The notes: generated by a model from the sequence alone, not told the origin. DNA of 64,000 bases from Thermoplasmatota archaeon (GCA_040751795.1 JBFMHR010000002.1:256001-320000); one strand, 5' to 3'. Positions 32,547-43,835 are shown, counted from the stretch's first letter. Numbers and translations are program-made.

Positions 32547-33506
32547 ATGCAGGACGTCTGGATAGAGAAGCACAGGCCTAAGAAGCTGGCCGAGGTCATA
32601 GGCCACCGGGGCATCGTGGAGAGGCTCACTTCGTACGTGAAGACCAGGAGCATGCCCCATATGCTCTTCGCTGGTCCGGCGGGCACGGGCAAGACGACCT
32701 GCGCCATCGCCCTGGCGAGGGAGCTCTACGGCGACCAGTGGAGGGACAGCTTCATCGAGCTCAACGCCTCGGACGAGAGGGGCATAGACATCGTCAGGGG
32801 CAAGATCAAGGACTTCGCCCGCGCGGCCTCGATCAGCCAGGCGGACTTCAAGATAATCTTCCTGGACGAGGCGGACTCCCTCACGGGGGACGCCCAGGCC
32901 GCCCTGAGGAGGACGATGGAGCGGTACACCCAGACCTGCAGGTTCGTCCTCTCCTGCAACTACTCGTCCAAGATCATAGAGCCCATCCAGTCCCGCTGCG
33001 CCGTCTTCAGGTTCAGGCCCCTCAGCGAGGCGGACGTGAGGACGTACCTCGAGAGGGTCGCCAAGGTCGAGGGCGTGGAGGTCACCGAGGACGGTTTCCT
33101 CGCGGTCGTTGAGCTGGCCCAGGGAGACCTCAGGAAGGCGACCAACATACTGCAGGTCGCGGCCTCCGGGGGGCGCCGGGTCGACCCGGAGACGGTCTTC
33201 GAGTCGACGGAGAACATACGCCCGTCCGAGGTCAAGGAGCTGCTGGCCGTCGCGCTGAAGGGCAACTTCATGGCCGCGCGCTCCAAGCTGGACGACCTCA
33301 TAGTCAGGCATGGCCTCTCGGGCGAGGACATAGTGAGGGCGATACACAGGGCGGTGTTCGAGCTCCCCGTCAGCGAGGACTCCAAGATCAGGCTCGTGGA
33401 CCGCGTCGGCGAGGCGGAGTTCAGGATGGTCTCCGGCTCGAGCGAGAGGATACAGCTCGAGGCGCTCCTGGCCCACTTCTGCAACGAGGGAAGGTCGGCC
33501 AAGTAG
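32547..33506 (+). CDS. rfcS: Replication factor C small subunit
   Basis: [33 protein letters not shown]; no intein. Confidence 0.97.
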   Translation: MQDVWIEKHRPKKLAEVIGHRGIVERLTSYVKTRSMPHMLFAGPAGTGKTTCAIALARELYGDQWRDSFIELNASDERGIDIVRGKIKDFARAASISQADFKIIFLDEADSLTGDAQAALRRTMERYTQTCRFVLSCNYSSKIIEPIQSRCAVFRFRPLSEADVRTYLERVAKVEGVEVTEDGFLAVVELAQGDLRKATNILQVAASGGRRVDPETVFESTENIRPSEVKELLAVALKGNFMAARSKLDDLIVRHGLSGEDIVRAIHRAVFELPVSEDSKIRLVDRVGEAEFRMVSGSSERIQLEALLAHFCNEGRSAK

Positions 33507-33579
33507 GGCGCGGCCAGCCTGCGGCGTGCTTCGCAACGGTTATATACGGCTAACTGGTTGGCCCAGCCGAGGCGCAGAC

Positions 33580-33729
33580 ATGGCGAGATTCCCAGAGGCC
33601 GAGGCCCGGAACCTTATCAAGAAGATCTGCATGAACTGCAACGCCAGGAACGCCATCAGGGCTACCAGGTGCAGGAAGTGCGGCTACAAGGGGCTGAGGA
33701 TCAAGACGAGAGAGGCCAAGAAGGCCTGA
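33580..33729 (+). CDS. rpl40e: 50S ribosomal protein L40e
   Basis: [42 protein letters not shown]. Confidence 0.96.
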   Translation: MARFPEAEARNLIKKICMNCNARNAIRATRCRKCGYKGLRIKTREAKKA

Positions 33730-33814
33730 TCGCGCCTCGGATGCAGCCGTCCCGTGTTCTTTCGAGCGACGCCCCCAGCCGGTCTGGGCGCAGGGCCAGG
33801 CCTGTTCCAGTTGA

Positions 33815-33912
33815 GAAGAAAAAGGGTGGAGGGGACTCCACCGCAGTTGGGCATCACCCTTTGGTTACACCTCTCCTCTTCCTACAAAAGAGCGAACCAA
33901 TTGGCTGAGTGG
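33815..33912 (-). ncRNA. Candidate small RNA (or short-peptide transcript)
   Basis: Minus strand: BRE/TATA-like GAAAAGAGTTAAAG at ~33930-33943, a structured ~95-nt body, and a terminal GGTGGAG/CTCCACC hairpin followed by T5. Confidence 0.4.
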
Positions 33913-34046
33913 TGTATGCACAAGGTGTTCTTTAACTCTTTTCATCGCCGTCGGAGAATATCTCAGAAATGTGTCAACCCATCCCCTTCGACCATGGCCG
34001 TTGTACGATTAGAATCTTTTTATTTGATTTTTGCCAATACAGTGTC

Positions 34047-35099
34047 ATGTGGCGTTTCCTCCCTTCCGAGATGACCGTCATACTAGCCTTGACCGAGGAT
34101 GCGGACAGGACCGATGCGCGGATCGCCGAGGAGTACGGCATGAACAAGGGCACGGTCGCCTCCGTGAGGCGCAGGCTGCTCGACTCCGGAGCCGTGTTCT
34201 TCGCGAGCGTCCCCTCCTTCAACAAGCTCGGCTGCGAGCTGATGGCGTTCCACACGGGGGCGACGGACCCGGCGGTGCCGGCCGACGTGAAGACCAACAA
34301 CTACCTCGAGTTCTGCGAGGGGAGCCCGAGCATCTTCAACGCGATGATAGGTGGCGGCTACGTCTCCTTCCTCAGCGTCTTCAAGGACGCCACGGACCTC
34401 GAGACGTTCCTCCAGGACCACGGCAGGTTCTTCTCCGGCCAGAGGCGGGCGTCCAGGGCGAGGCTGGAGACGGCGATGTTCCCCTACCGCCTCACGAGGG
34501 GGACGTACGCGACCAACTTCGCGCCGACCGTCCACGACTTCTTCAAGCTGGACGTGCCGCCGCCGAAGCCCCGCCCCACGACCTCGGAGAGCGTCACGAG
34601 CCCGGACCTCTCCAGGAACGAGGCGCGGACGCTCACGGAGCTCGTGGCGGACCCCACCTCCTCCGACAAGCAGCTCGCGTCGAAGGTCGGCCTGTCCAGG
34701 CAGGCGGTGACGCGCATCAGGCGGAAGCTCTTCGAGGAGAGGTACCTGACCCGCGTATGCATACCCAGGCTGTACAAGTGGGGCTTCGAGATCTCCGCCG
34801 TCACCCACTCGAGGTTCAACATGGAGCTCCGCTGGGACATAAGGGTGAAGGGCCAGCCGAAGGACGTCACCGCCCTCTCGTTCATGACCCTGTCCAAGGC
34901 GGACGAGGCCGTCACGAACCACATGGTCGCCACCTACCAGGAGTACTCCGAGAAGATGGAGGCCATGCTCGGGTGGTTCCACAAGATGAAGGCGTTCGAC
35001 GAGAACCCCAAGATCAACGTCTTCTCCCTCGAGAGGAGCACTGAGCTCAGGTCCTTCGACTTCCTCCCCGCGGTGAAGAACCTCCTGCGGGAGGCGTAG
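34047..35099 (+). CDS. Tandem Lrp/AsnC-like double winged-HTH transcriptional regulator
   Basis: Two HTH units (TDARIAEEYGMNKGTVASVRRRL; SDKQLASKVGLSRQAVTRIRRKL), each followed by a P..LG/WG hinge and a ferredoxin-like domain. TATA-like TTTTTATT ~25 nt upstream suggests a leaderless start. Confidence 0.8.
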   Translation: MWRFLPSEMTVILALTEDADRTDARIAEEYGMNKGTVASVRRRLLDSGAVFFASVPSFNKLGCELMAFHTGATDPAVPADVKTNNYLEFCEGSPSIFNAMIGGGYVSFLSVFKDATDLETFLQDHGRFFSGQRRASRARLETAMFPYRLTRGTYATNFAPTVHDFFKLDVPPPKPRPTTSESVTSPDLSRNEARTLTELVADPTSSDKQLASKVGLSRQAVTRIRRKLFEERYLTRVCIPRLYKWGFEISAVTHSRFNMELRWDIRVKGQPKDVTALSFMTLSKADEAVTNHMVATYQEYSEKMEAMLGWFHKMKAFDENPKINVFSLERSTELRSFDFLPAVKNLLREA

Positions 35100-35181
35100 G
35101 CCGCGGGGGAAGGGCTGAGAACGTGTAAATACGCCGCCCGGCAATACTCTGGACGGTGATGCCCTGAAGGTCACACCGCAG

Positions 35182-35556
35182 ATGGCGGCGAGGTGGGCGA
35201 AGGCAGTCTTCATGGCCCTGCTTGCGATGGTGCTCGTTCTCTACGGGAGCGGCTTCGTGTCCGACCTGGAGACCAACGCCGCGGCGGAGTGGAACATGTC
35301 CTTCGAGTGGACCTGGGACCTCCTCACCTACCTGATCTGGATAATCATCGCTTGGCTGCTCGTCGACGCCGTGATCATAGTCGTCCTGAGCTTCAAGATG
35401 GACGTGTACAGCCTCGGGGACGTGATGGACCGCCTCGCGAGGATCGAGAAGCGGCTCGGGCCGGAGAAGGCCAGGCCCGCGCAGGCGCCGCCGGAGGCCA
35501 TGGGCCCGGCGGTGACGGTCGACGAGGACAGGGAGCCGCCACCGCCGAAGGAGTGA
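35182..35556 (+). CDS. Hypothetical 2-TM membrane protein
   Basis: Two hydrophobic helices, short coiled coil, Pro-rich tail; host-like codon usage. Confidence 0.75.
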   Translation: MAARWAKAVFMALLAMVLVLYGSGFVSDLETNAAAEWNMSFEWTWDLLTYLIWIIIAWLLVDAVIIVVLSFKMDVYSLGDVMDRLARIEKRLGPEKARPAQAPPEAMGPAVTVDEDREPPPPKE

Positions 35557-35559
35557 GGC

Positions 35560-37884
35560 TCAGGCCTTCTCGGCGGCTTCCTTCTTCGGGGTGTCCTTCT
35601 TCGCGGCCCTCTTCGGGCACTCCATGTTGATGCAGAGGGTCCACGGGGGCCTCCCCTTCTGCTGCCAGACCTTGATCACGGGCGAGCGGCAGGCGTCGCA
35701 CGCCTCCCCGGTCGGCACTATCCTGCCGTACTGGGGCAGCGGGAACATGACCTTGCACTCGGGGTAGCCGGAGCACCCGGCGAACCTCTTCCCCTTCTTG
35801 GACTGGATGACCATGACGTCCTTGCCGCACGAAGGGCACTTGCCGAGCGTGCGCTCGCGCCTCGCCCCCTCGCACTTCGGGTCGATGCACACCACGTTCG
35901 GGGGCTGGCCCTTCGACACGAACTTCACCTTGGGCCCGCCGCAGACGTCGCACTTCTGGTCCGTCGCGAGGGCAAGGAAGCCGCTCGGCAGGGGATAGGT
36001 GTTCTTGCACTCGGGGTACCTGGAGCAGCCGGCGAAGCTGTGGCCGCCCTTCATCCTTATCTCCAGGAGCTGCCCCTGCCCGCACTTGGGGCACGCCCCG
36101 AGGTTGTGCTGGGCCCTGAGGGCCTTCCTGATGTCGTCCCCGATCTCCTTCTTGTTCTTCTCCAGGACCGCCATGATGTCGTCGAGCATGTCCTGGCTCT
36201 CCTCGACCACGTCCTCCTGGACCCTCTCCCCCTGGGCTATCAGGTCCATCTCGCCCTCGAGGTGGGCGGTCATCTTGGCGTGGGTGATCTTGTACTCGTC
36301 GTGGAGCCTCGCGTGGTTCTCGAGGGCCGCGATGACCGCTATGCCGCTCTCGGTCGGTTCGATCTTGGCCCCCTTCGCGAACCTCCGGTCGTAGAGCTTC
36401 TGGATGGTCTCGTGCCGCGTGCTCTTCGTCCCCAGCCCCTTGCGCTCCATCTCCTGGATGAGCGAGCCCTGGGTGTACCTGGGCGGCGGCTGCGTCTTCT
36501 TCTCGGTCGAGGAGACCCTGAGGACGTCGGCGACGTCCCCCTCCTTCAGCGCCGGGAGCGTGACCTCGCTGGACGTGTAGTACGGGTAGTACTTCCTCCA
36601 GCCCTGGAAGAGTATCCTGTAGCCCTCCGCCGCGAACGGCTCCCCGCCGAGGTCGAGGTCGACCAGGGTCGTCTCCGACCTGCAGGGCGGCGCGACGGTC
36701 GCGAGGAACCTCCTGGTGACGAGCTCGTAGACGTCCCACCTCTGCCCCTTGAGCTCGCCCCTGGTGGCGGAGTCGACGGGGTGTATCGGCGGGTGGTCCG
36801 TGGTGCTCCTCTTGCCCCTGGAGGGCCTTATGCTCTCCTGGGCCAGCAGCTCCTCGGCCTCGGCCGCGAACTCGGACTTGGTGAGCTTCTCGAGGATCCC
36901 CCTCAGGCTGAGCGAGGGCGGGTAGACGGTGTTGTCCGTCCTTGGGTACGAGATGTAGCCGTCGGTGTACAGGTCCTCGGCCACCTTCATGGCCTGGGCG
37001 GCGGTGAGCCCCCTCTTGGTGGCCTCCGCGAGGAAGACGGTCGTGTTGAACGGCGCGGGCGGGTACTCGTCCTTCTCGTTCACCGCGACGGACCTGACCG
37101 ACGCGGACTTGGCGGCCTTGGCCTTGGCGAGCGCGGACTGGGCGGCGGCCTTGTCGTCGAAGCTCCCGTGCTTGTGGCTGGCCCTGAACTCCTTGTCCTT
37201 CCTCAGATCCGCGGAGACGACCCAGTAGGGCGTCGGCTTGAAGTCGCGGATCTCCTTCTCGCGGGCCACGACCAGCGCGAGGGTCGGGCTCTGGACCCTG
37301 CCCACGGACAGGAAGTCCTTGCCCAGCTGCCCCGACGCGAGCGATATGAACCTGGTGAGCGCCGCCCCCCAGACGAGGTCTATGAGCTGCCTCGTCTCGG
37401 CGGCGGACGCGAGCTTGTAGTCTATCTCGGCGAGCTCGGAGAACGCCTTCTCGATCTCCCACTTCGTGAGGGCGCTGAACTTCGCCCTCTTCAGGGGCTT
37501 CTTGACCCCGGCCTCCTGCACGGCCTCGAGGCCGATCAGCTCCCCCTCGCGGTCGAAGTCGGTCGCGACGATGACCTCGTCGACGCCGGCGGCGATGTCC
37601 TTGAGGGCGGCCATGATCTTCTTGGCGGAGGGGTCGACCTTCTTCTCCGGCTTGGCGTATATGAGGTCCTTGGGGGCGACCGCGTCCCAGTTGTTGTACT
37701 TGTCAGGGTAGTCTAGTTCGACGATGTGGCCGCGGAGCCCCATGACGATGCAGTCCGCCCCCCCGCAGGCGAACTCGAAGACGGGCACCCCGGCGACGAA
37801 GCGCCTCTTCTGAGTGTTGTTGGAGAGAATCAGTGCGATCCTCTGCGCGGCGTGGTTCTTCTCGCTTATGATGAGCCGGCGCAT
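35560..37884 (-). CDS. topA: DNA topoisomerase type IA with C-terminal zinc ribbons
   Basis: LIISEK, ATDFDREGE Toprim, GRVQSPTL, GYISYPRTD active Tyr, GLGTKSTR, four C4 zinc ribbons. Confidence 0.96.
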   Translation of the reverse strand: MRRLIISEKNHAAQRIALILSNNTQKRRFVAGVPVFEFACGGADCIVMGLRGHIVELDYPDKYNNWDAVAPKDLIYAKPEKKVDPSAKKIMAALKDIAAGVDEVIVATDFDREGELIGLEAVQEAGVKKPLKRAKFSALTKWEIEKAFSELAEIDYKLASAAETRQLIDLVWGAALTRFISLASGQLGKDFLSVGRVQSPTLALVVAREKEIRDFKPTPYWVVSADLRKDKEFRASHKHGSFDDKAAAQSALAKAKAAKSASVRSVAVNEKDEYPPAPFNTTVFLAEATKRGLTAAQAMKVAEDLYTDGYISYPRTDNTVYPPSLSLRGILEKLTKSEFAAEAEELLAQESIRPSRGKRSTTDHPPIHPVDSATRGELKGQRWDVYELVTRRFLATVAPPCRSETTLVDLDLGGEPFAAEGYRILFQGWRKYYPYYTSSEVTLPALKEGDVADVLRVSSTEKKTQPPPRYTQGSLIQEMERKGLGTKSTRHETIQKLYDRRFAKGAKIEPTESGIAVIAALENHARLHDEYKITHAKMTAHLEGEMDLIAQGERVQEDVVEESQDMLDDIMAVLEKNKKEIGDDIRKALRAQHNLGACPKCGQGQLLEIRMKGGHSFAGCSRYPECKNTYPLPSGFLALATDQKCDVCGGPKVKFVSKGQPPNVVCIDPKCEGARRERTLGKCPSCGKDVMVIQSKKGKRFAGCSGYPECKVMFPLPQYGRIVPTGEACDACRSPVIKVWQQKGRPPWTLCINMECPKRAAKKDTPKKEAAEKA

Positions 37885-37940
37885 CTGGGGTTGGATGATT
37901 GGCCATTTATATAATGATGATGGGAGGCACCACGGAGCCC

Positions 37941-37963
37941 TGATGCTGGCATAGCCAGCATCA
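37941..37963. terminator. Perfect 10-bp hairpin just after purA stop
   Basis: TGATGCTGGC-ATA-GCCAGCATCA between purA 3' end and the topA TATA region (TTTATATAA ~37906-37914). Confidence 0.5.
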
Positions 37964-37969
37964 AGGAGG

Positions 37970-39292
<1,323 letters not shown>

Positions 39293-39435
39293 TTAGGACA
39301 AGCTGGACGCTCGTATTTAAAGATTAGAATGAGTCGGGTGCTCACGCCTCTCGCGGGGCGGCCTCAGGGAGGTTATTTGGGCAGGGAACCCGATTCGGCC
39401 TCAGGAGGAAGTGGCCCGGGAACGGGGGTGAGCGT

Positions 39436-40302
39436 GTGGCAGAGCTCTGGTTGTTTCTTGCCTTGGGGACAATGCTGGCATACGGCATCGGTCAGGTTCT
39501 CCAGAAGGTGGGCACGACCGGATGTGGCCCCACTGCCATGATCCTGTTCACGGCCCTCATCTGCGGATCGATCTGGGGAGCTTGGTACATCCTGTTCAGG
39601 GACGAGATGGAGATGACGTTGTACTCCCTCGCCGTCCCGCTGATCGGCGGCGCCCTGGGCATGTCCGGCAACGTGTTCTTCTTCGAGGCCTTGGCGAGAG
39701 GGAACGTCAGCGTGGTTGGGACGCTCGTCGCCGCATACCCATGCGTTACCGTCGTCGCTGCGTTCCTGCTCCTTGATGAGAGGCTCAGCGCAGTCAGGTA
39801 CGCAGGGGTCCTCCTGATACTGCTCGGCATCGTGGTCCTGTCGACAGGCGGCACCGGTTCCAGGCAGTCGGTGTCGAAGACTGGCCTCATGCTCGCCGCG
39901 GCGAGCTTCCTGGCTTTCGGCTTGGCGGGGGTGACGCTCAAGGAGGCGGTCAGAGTCGTCGGGAGCGACAACGCGATGGGTTTCTACGCTCTGGTGTACG
40001 TGCTCGGAGGCACATCGTATTGGCTGGTCAAACGCGGAGGCCGCTCGGAGGGCCCGGTGGCCAGGATGCCGCGGAGGGCGATTGGCATCGGCGCCGTAGG
40101 CCTGTCGTTCAGCGCGGTGGGCGGCATCCTTCTCATCTGGGCGCTCGTGGACGGCCCGGCGTCTATCGTGATCACACTGTCCGGGGCGTACCCGATTGTG
40201 ACGATAGCAGCCGCGCTGGTGTTCCTGAAGGAGAAGGTGGTCGCGCGTCAGGGCATCGGACTCGCGATGGTGCTCGTTGGGCTGCCATTTGTATCGTTTT
40301 GA
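39436..40302 (+). CDS. EamA/DMT family transporter
   Basis: 10 TM segments in two repeats, AYP motifs, LLDERL/FLKEKV. Confidence 0.88.
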   Translation: MAELWLFLALGTMLAYGIGQVLQKVGTTGCGPTAMILFTALICGSIWGAWYILFRDEMEMTLYSLAVPLIGGALGMSGNVFFFEALARGNVSVVGTLVAAYPCVTVVAAFLLLDERLSAVRYAGVLLILLGIVVLSTGGTGSRQSVSKTGLMLAAASFLAFGLAGVTLKEAVRVVGSDNAMGFYALVYVLGGTSYWLVKRGGRSEGPVARMPRRAIGIGAVGLSFSAVGGILLIWALVDGPASIVITLSGAYPIVTIAAALVFLKEKVVARQGIGLAMVLVGLPFVSF

Positions 40303-40314
40303 GCCAAGCGTCCG

Positions 40315-41421
40315 TCATGTCTTCCGGTACACGTCGAGGAGGTCGCCGAGGGGCGCGTCCGTCCTGAGGCCCTTGGGGTCGAAGTGCGTCCTCGAGGCCC
40401 TGAATCCGGCTTCCGACAGCTTCCCGACCATGTCCACGAGCTTGGGCGGCGAGTGCTTCGTGCGCTTGGCCAGCTCGTCCAGCTTGTAGAAGAGCGGCGG
40501 CGCCCCGACCTCCTCCTTCCAGAGGGCGAGGTACTTCTCGCACCTCGCGGAGGTCCCGAGGTCCTTCGTGGCCATCATCGCATCCAGCAGGTCCCCGGAG
40601 GACATCGCCCCGGTCCAGAGCGGCCCCGCGTCGGCCTTGTCCGCCCTCTCGGGGAGCAGGGCCCTCCCGAGGGTGGCCTTGTCGAAGTGGGCGTAGCCCA
40701 GCCTCTTGAGCGCCGCGTCGGCGCGGGCGGCGCCGTTCACGACCCTGAGGTAGCACCTGAAGTAGTGGTCCGTGTGGTAGCACAGGAGGGGCTCGCAGGC
40801 CCTGTCGTGCCTGGCCGCCTCCCTGGCCATGAACCCCATGAGTATCCTTATGCCGGTCTCGTGGGCGAAGGGCGACCTCTGGGACAGCGCCCCGTACCTC
40901 CTGAGCGAGGTCCTGGGGTAGGTGCCGTACAGGGGGGCGGTGTCGGTCGCGGTGATGGCGATCGTCCCCCCGTTCCTGCAGCTCTGGACCGCCGCATTGA
41001 CGAAGTCTATGGGCGTGCCGAAGGGGTCTATGTCGATGTAGTCGAACTGCTCCTCGGCGAGGACGGCCCTAAGGTCCCTGCACATGACCCTCACGTGGTC
41101 GAGGCTGTTGGCGGAGGCGTTCTCCTTCATGAGCACCGCGGCGGCGAGGTTCCTGTCGTTGAGGGCGAAGTCTGCGCGGACGCCCGTCTCGTTGGCCAGC
41201 CTCAGCCCCCGGGCGCCGGACGCGGCGAGCCCGTCCAGGACCTTGTCCCCGTCCCTGAACACGGCCCGCCCGAACATGACGGACACGTCCCTGCCGAACT
41301 CCATCTGCCTGTTGTAGAAGACGTCCCCGGTCCTGGTTCCGGGCCCCTTCTTGCAGAAAGCCTCCGGCACGAGGAGCTCGGTCGTGCCCTCGATGACCTT
41401 GACCAGGGATGAGGAGTTCAC
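40315..41421 (-). CDS. trm1: tRNA (guanine-26 N2)-dimethyltransferase
   Basis: VFYNRQMEFGRD, ASGARGLR, DIDPFGTP, TATD, GPLWTG, RTHF. Confidence 0.93.
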   Translation of the reverse strand: MNSSSLVKVIEGTTELLVPEAFCKKGPGTRTGDVFYNRQMEFGRDVSVMFGRAVFRDGDKVLDGLAASGARGLRLANETGVRADFALNDRNLAAAVLMKENASANSLDHVRVMCRDLRAVLAEEQFDYIDIDPFGTPIDFVNAAVQSCRNGGTIAITATDTAPLYGTYPRTSLRRYGALSQRSPFAHETGIRILMGFMAREAARHDRACEPLLCYHTDHYFRCYLRVVNGAARADAALKRLGYAHFDKATLGRALLPERADKADAGPLWTGAMSSGDLLDAMMATKDLGTSARCEKYLALWKEEVGAPPLFYKLDELAKRTKHSPPKLVDMVGKLSEAGFRASRTHFDPKGLRTDAPLGDLLDVYRKT

Positions 41422-41963
41422 ACGTACTCGCCCTTCATGAGTTTTATGATCTTGTAGGGCAGGAGGTTCCTGTTGATCGGCGTGACCTCCAGTATCCTGA
41501 CGTCGTCCCTGCGCCTGATGTCCTGGAGGAGCGGGTTCCTGGACTTCTTGTGGAGGGTGAGTATGATGGGCTTGTCGACCTCCATCGCGTCCTTGACCGC
41601 CTTCACGAACCTGTCTGACTCGACCTCCATCTTGCCGACCTCGTCTATCACGATGACGTCGGCGTTCTTGCTGGCGTCGACCAGCGCCTCCACTCCCACG
41701 GTGTCCAGGCTCTCGAGGTTCACGCCGTACTTGCCGACGCAGAACTTGGACTCGGTGTCCGTGTGCGCGAACACCGCCTTCCGCTTGGTCTTCCAGTCCA
41801 TGACGTAGAAGCCCATGCGCTTGCCCCCCTCGATTATGGGCTCCGTGACCATGCCCCCGACGACGAGCCCCTCCTCCTCGAGCATCTCGATGACCTTGAC
41901 GAGGGCCTGGGTCTTGCCCGCGCCGGGCAGGCCCGTGATCCCTATCTTGACTCCCCTCGTCAT
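41418..41963 (-). CDS. Nucleoside-triphosphatase (THEP1 family)
   Basis: ITGLPGAGKT, VGKYGV, VIDEVGKME; ATG at 41963. Confidence 0.92.
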   Translation of the reverse strand: MTRGVKIGITGLPGAGKTQALVKVIEMLEEEGLVVGGMVTEPIIEGGKRMGFYVMDWKTKRKAVFAHTDTESKFCVGKYGVNLESLDTVGVEALVDASKNADVIVIDEVGKMEVESDRFVKAVKDAMEVDKPIILTLHKKSRNPLLQDIRRRDDVRILEVTPINRNLLPYKIIKLMKGEYV

Positions 41964-42069
41964 GCTATCACCGCGGTGGCGCCGGAACGGTTTTCTGTAT
42001 GCGTATTCATATATATAATGTGTGTCATAAATCTTCAACACTCGATGACTGGCCGACGGGCCTCTCCGC

Positions 42070-42443
42070 TCACTCCTCGCCCCGCACGACCCTCTTCACG
42101 AACATGAGCGGGTAGCTCATCTCCTTCACGAACCTCATGCCTGCCTCGAGCTCCGTCCCCTTGTAGCGGATCCTGAGGGACACGTCCAGCATGTCCCCCG
42201 TGAGGGACACGTAGTCATACTCCCCGGACTTCTTGCGGAGCCTGGACCGGTCGATGCGCACCTCGACGTCCTCGACGAAGGGCTGGACCATGCTCCCGGC
42301 CTCCATGGCCTCCTCGAGCTTCTCCACGTTCTCGGCGCTCACGGGGACCCCGACGAACTGGTGGTAGATCGTGCCGAGCTTGATGCCGGCCTCGAAGGCT
42401 GCCCTCTCGGAGTCCGAGCAGTCGAAGTACTTCTCGGACTCAC
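42070..42443 (-). CDS. mptD: Archaeal dihydroneopterin aldolase (MptD family), apparently frameshifted just after the start codon
   Basis: Frame ending at 42070 reads EKYFDCSDSERAAFEAGIKLGTIYHQFVGVPV...QPFV...YVSLTG...YPLMFV. The coupled GTG at 42443 is one base out of frame. Confidence 0.8.
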
Positions 42444-43210
42444 GTTCTCTTGCGTCTCTCGTACAAGGGCCCCCCTACAAGGTACGCGGTGGTCAGAGCC
42501 AGCGCGATGCCTGTGGCGGTACGTGAGAACGCCGTATATAATTGTTGGTCGCCGACAAGGGCGATGCCAGCCACCGTCGGGAGGAGGGCCAGCGCGACGC
42601 CCACGACGCTCGCGACAGCCATGGGGCCGCGCATCTTCGGGTAAGGGACGGTGGAGGCCATGAGTATGCTCGCGACGAGGGCCGCCGGGAGCACGGCCGC
42701 AGGCGCCTCGCCGAACGAGAAGTAGTACTCGGAGGGCTCGGAGCCGGCGACGGGGCCGAAGAGCAGGCAGAGCAGTATCACGAACAGCGCCGCCCCTGGG
42801 GCGGGCAGGCCCGCGAAGTGGGGCAGCTGGAAGCCGCCCGCGCTGAACCTCGCCAGCCTGAAGAGGCCGGAGACGAGGAAGGCGACCGAGCACGCGAGCA
42901 CCAGGACGTCCTGGGGCGCCTGGAGGGGCGCCACCGCGGGGTCCTCGAAGACCGCGTACAGGAGGAACGCCGGCGCGAAGGCGAACGAAATGGAGTCGGA
43001 GATCGAGTCGAGGATCTGCCCCCGCGAGTGCTTGCTCCCGTACCTCCTCGCCATGAAGCCGTCCAGCCCGTCCATGACCATCGAGAGCAGGAGGAGGCTC
43101 GTGGCAGAGAGGTAGTTGCCCTCGGAGACGTAGACTATCGCGATGAAGCCGAGGGCGCCGTTGGCGAGGGTGAAGAGGTCCCCGAGGGAGACCCTATCCA
43201 GAGCGGTCAT
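42440..43210 (-). CDS. pssA: Archaetidylserine/phosphatidylserine synthase (CDP-alcohol phosphatidyltransferase)
   Basis: DLFTLAN, DGLDGFMARR-x-GQILDSISDSISF, RLARF, FAGLPAP. Confidence 0.9.
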   Translation of the reverse strand: MTALDRVSLGDLFTLANGALGFIAIVYVSEGNYLSATSLLLLSMVMDGLDGFMARRYGSKHSRGQILDSISDSISFAFAPAFLLYAVFEDPAVAPLQAPQDVLVLACSVAFLVSGLFRLARFSAGGFQLPHFAGLPAPGAALFVILLCLLFGPVAGSEPSEYYFSFGEAPAAVLPAALVASILMASTVPYPKMRGPMAVASVVGVALALLPTVAGIALVGDQQLYTAFSRTATGIALALTTAYLVGGPLYERRKRT

Positions 43211-43793
43211 CGGCGACCTCCGCGACGCACGTCACCCCGGCGCGGAGCCTCTGCCCCACCTGTGCCTTGATCCTGACCCTGCCCGGCGGGAGGAAGAGGT
43301 CCACCCTGGAACCGAACCTGATGAGGCCGAGGCGGTCCGCCTTCCCCAGCGGGAGGCCCTGGTCCACGTAGGGCACTATCCTCCGCGCGAGTATCCCGGA
43401 CATGTGCATGATCGTGATGTCCCCGATGCCGGTCTCCATGCCGACCTCGACGCGCTCGTTGTTCGGGGACCTGGCGCTGAACGCCGGCAGGTGCCTCCCC
43501 GGGTAGCGGACCATCTTGGAGACGACGCCCTCGATCGGGGCCCTCGTCACGTGGACGTTCCTGAGGGCGAGGTAGATGGAGACGAGCCCCTTCTCGTGGT
43601 CGACCTCCCTCACGACGCCGTCCGCAGGCGCGACGATGCCGCTGCCGGCGGACCTGGACGGGTCCCTGAAGACGAACGCGAGGAAGCCGGCGAGGCAGGC
43701 GAAGGCGACGCAGGCGTAGACGCTCACGAAGAACGTGGCGACGGAGGCTGCCGCGCTCAGCAGCACGAATACGCGTCCGCCCCTGGCGATCAT
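43194..43793 (-). CDS. psd: Archaetidylserine/phosphatidylserine decarboxylase proenzyme
   Basis: FRDP, APADG, VHVTRAP, NER, IRFGSRV pyruvoyl cleavage site. Confidence 0.92.
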   Translation of the reverse strand: MIARGGRVFVLLSAAASVATFFVSVYACVAFACLAGFLAFVFRDPSRSAGSGIVAPADGVVREVDHEKGLVSIYLALRNVHVTRAPIEGVVSKMVRYPGRHLPAFSARSPNNERVEVGMETGIGDITIMHMSGILARRIVPYVDQGLPLGKADRLGLIRFGSRVDLFLPPGRVRIKAQVGQRLRAGVTCVAEVADDRSG

Positions 43794-43835
43794 TCAGGTT
43801 GCCTCTGCTCCCAGAGCGAAGTCAAGACCGAACCC

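Noticed and set aside
37914-37963. Second C/D sRNA candidate (ATGATGA ... CTGA)
   Set aside because: 19-nt spacing and no convincing C'/D pair; better explained as the topA promoter plus the purA 3' hairpin.
39355-39410. Short direct repeat GGCCTCAGG upstream of the EamA gene as a target-site duplication
   Set aside because: Both copies lie on the same side of the gene and no transposase or terminal repeats are present.
42465-42482. Pyrrolysine readthrough (TTG-TAG) to supply the mptD start
   Set aside because: An amber codon at position 2, overlap within pssA and no pyl genes in the window make a one-base indel far simpler.
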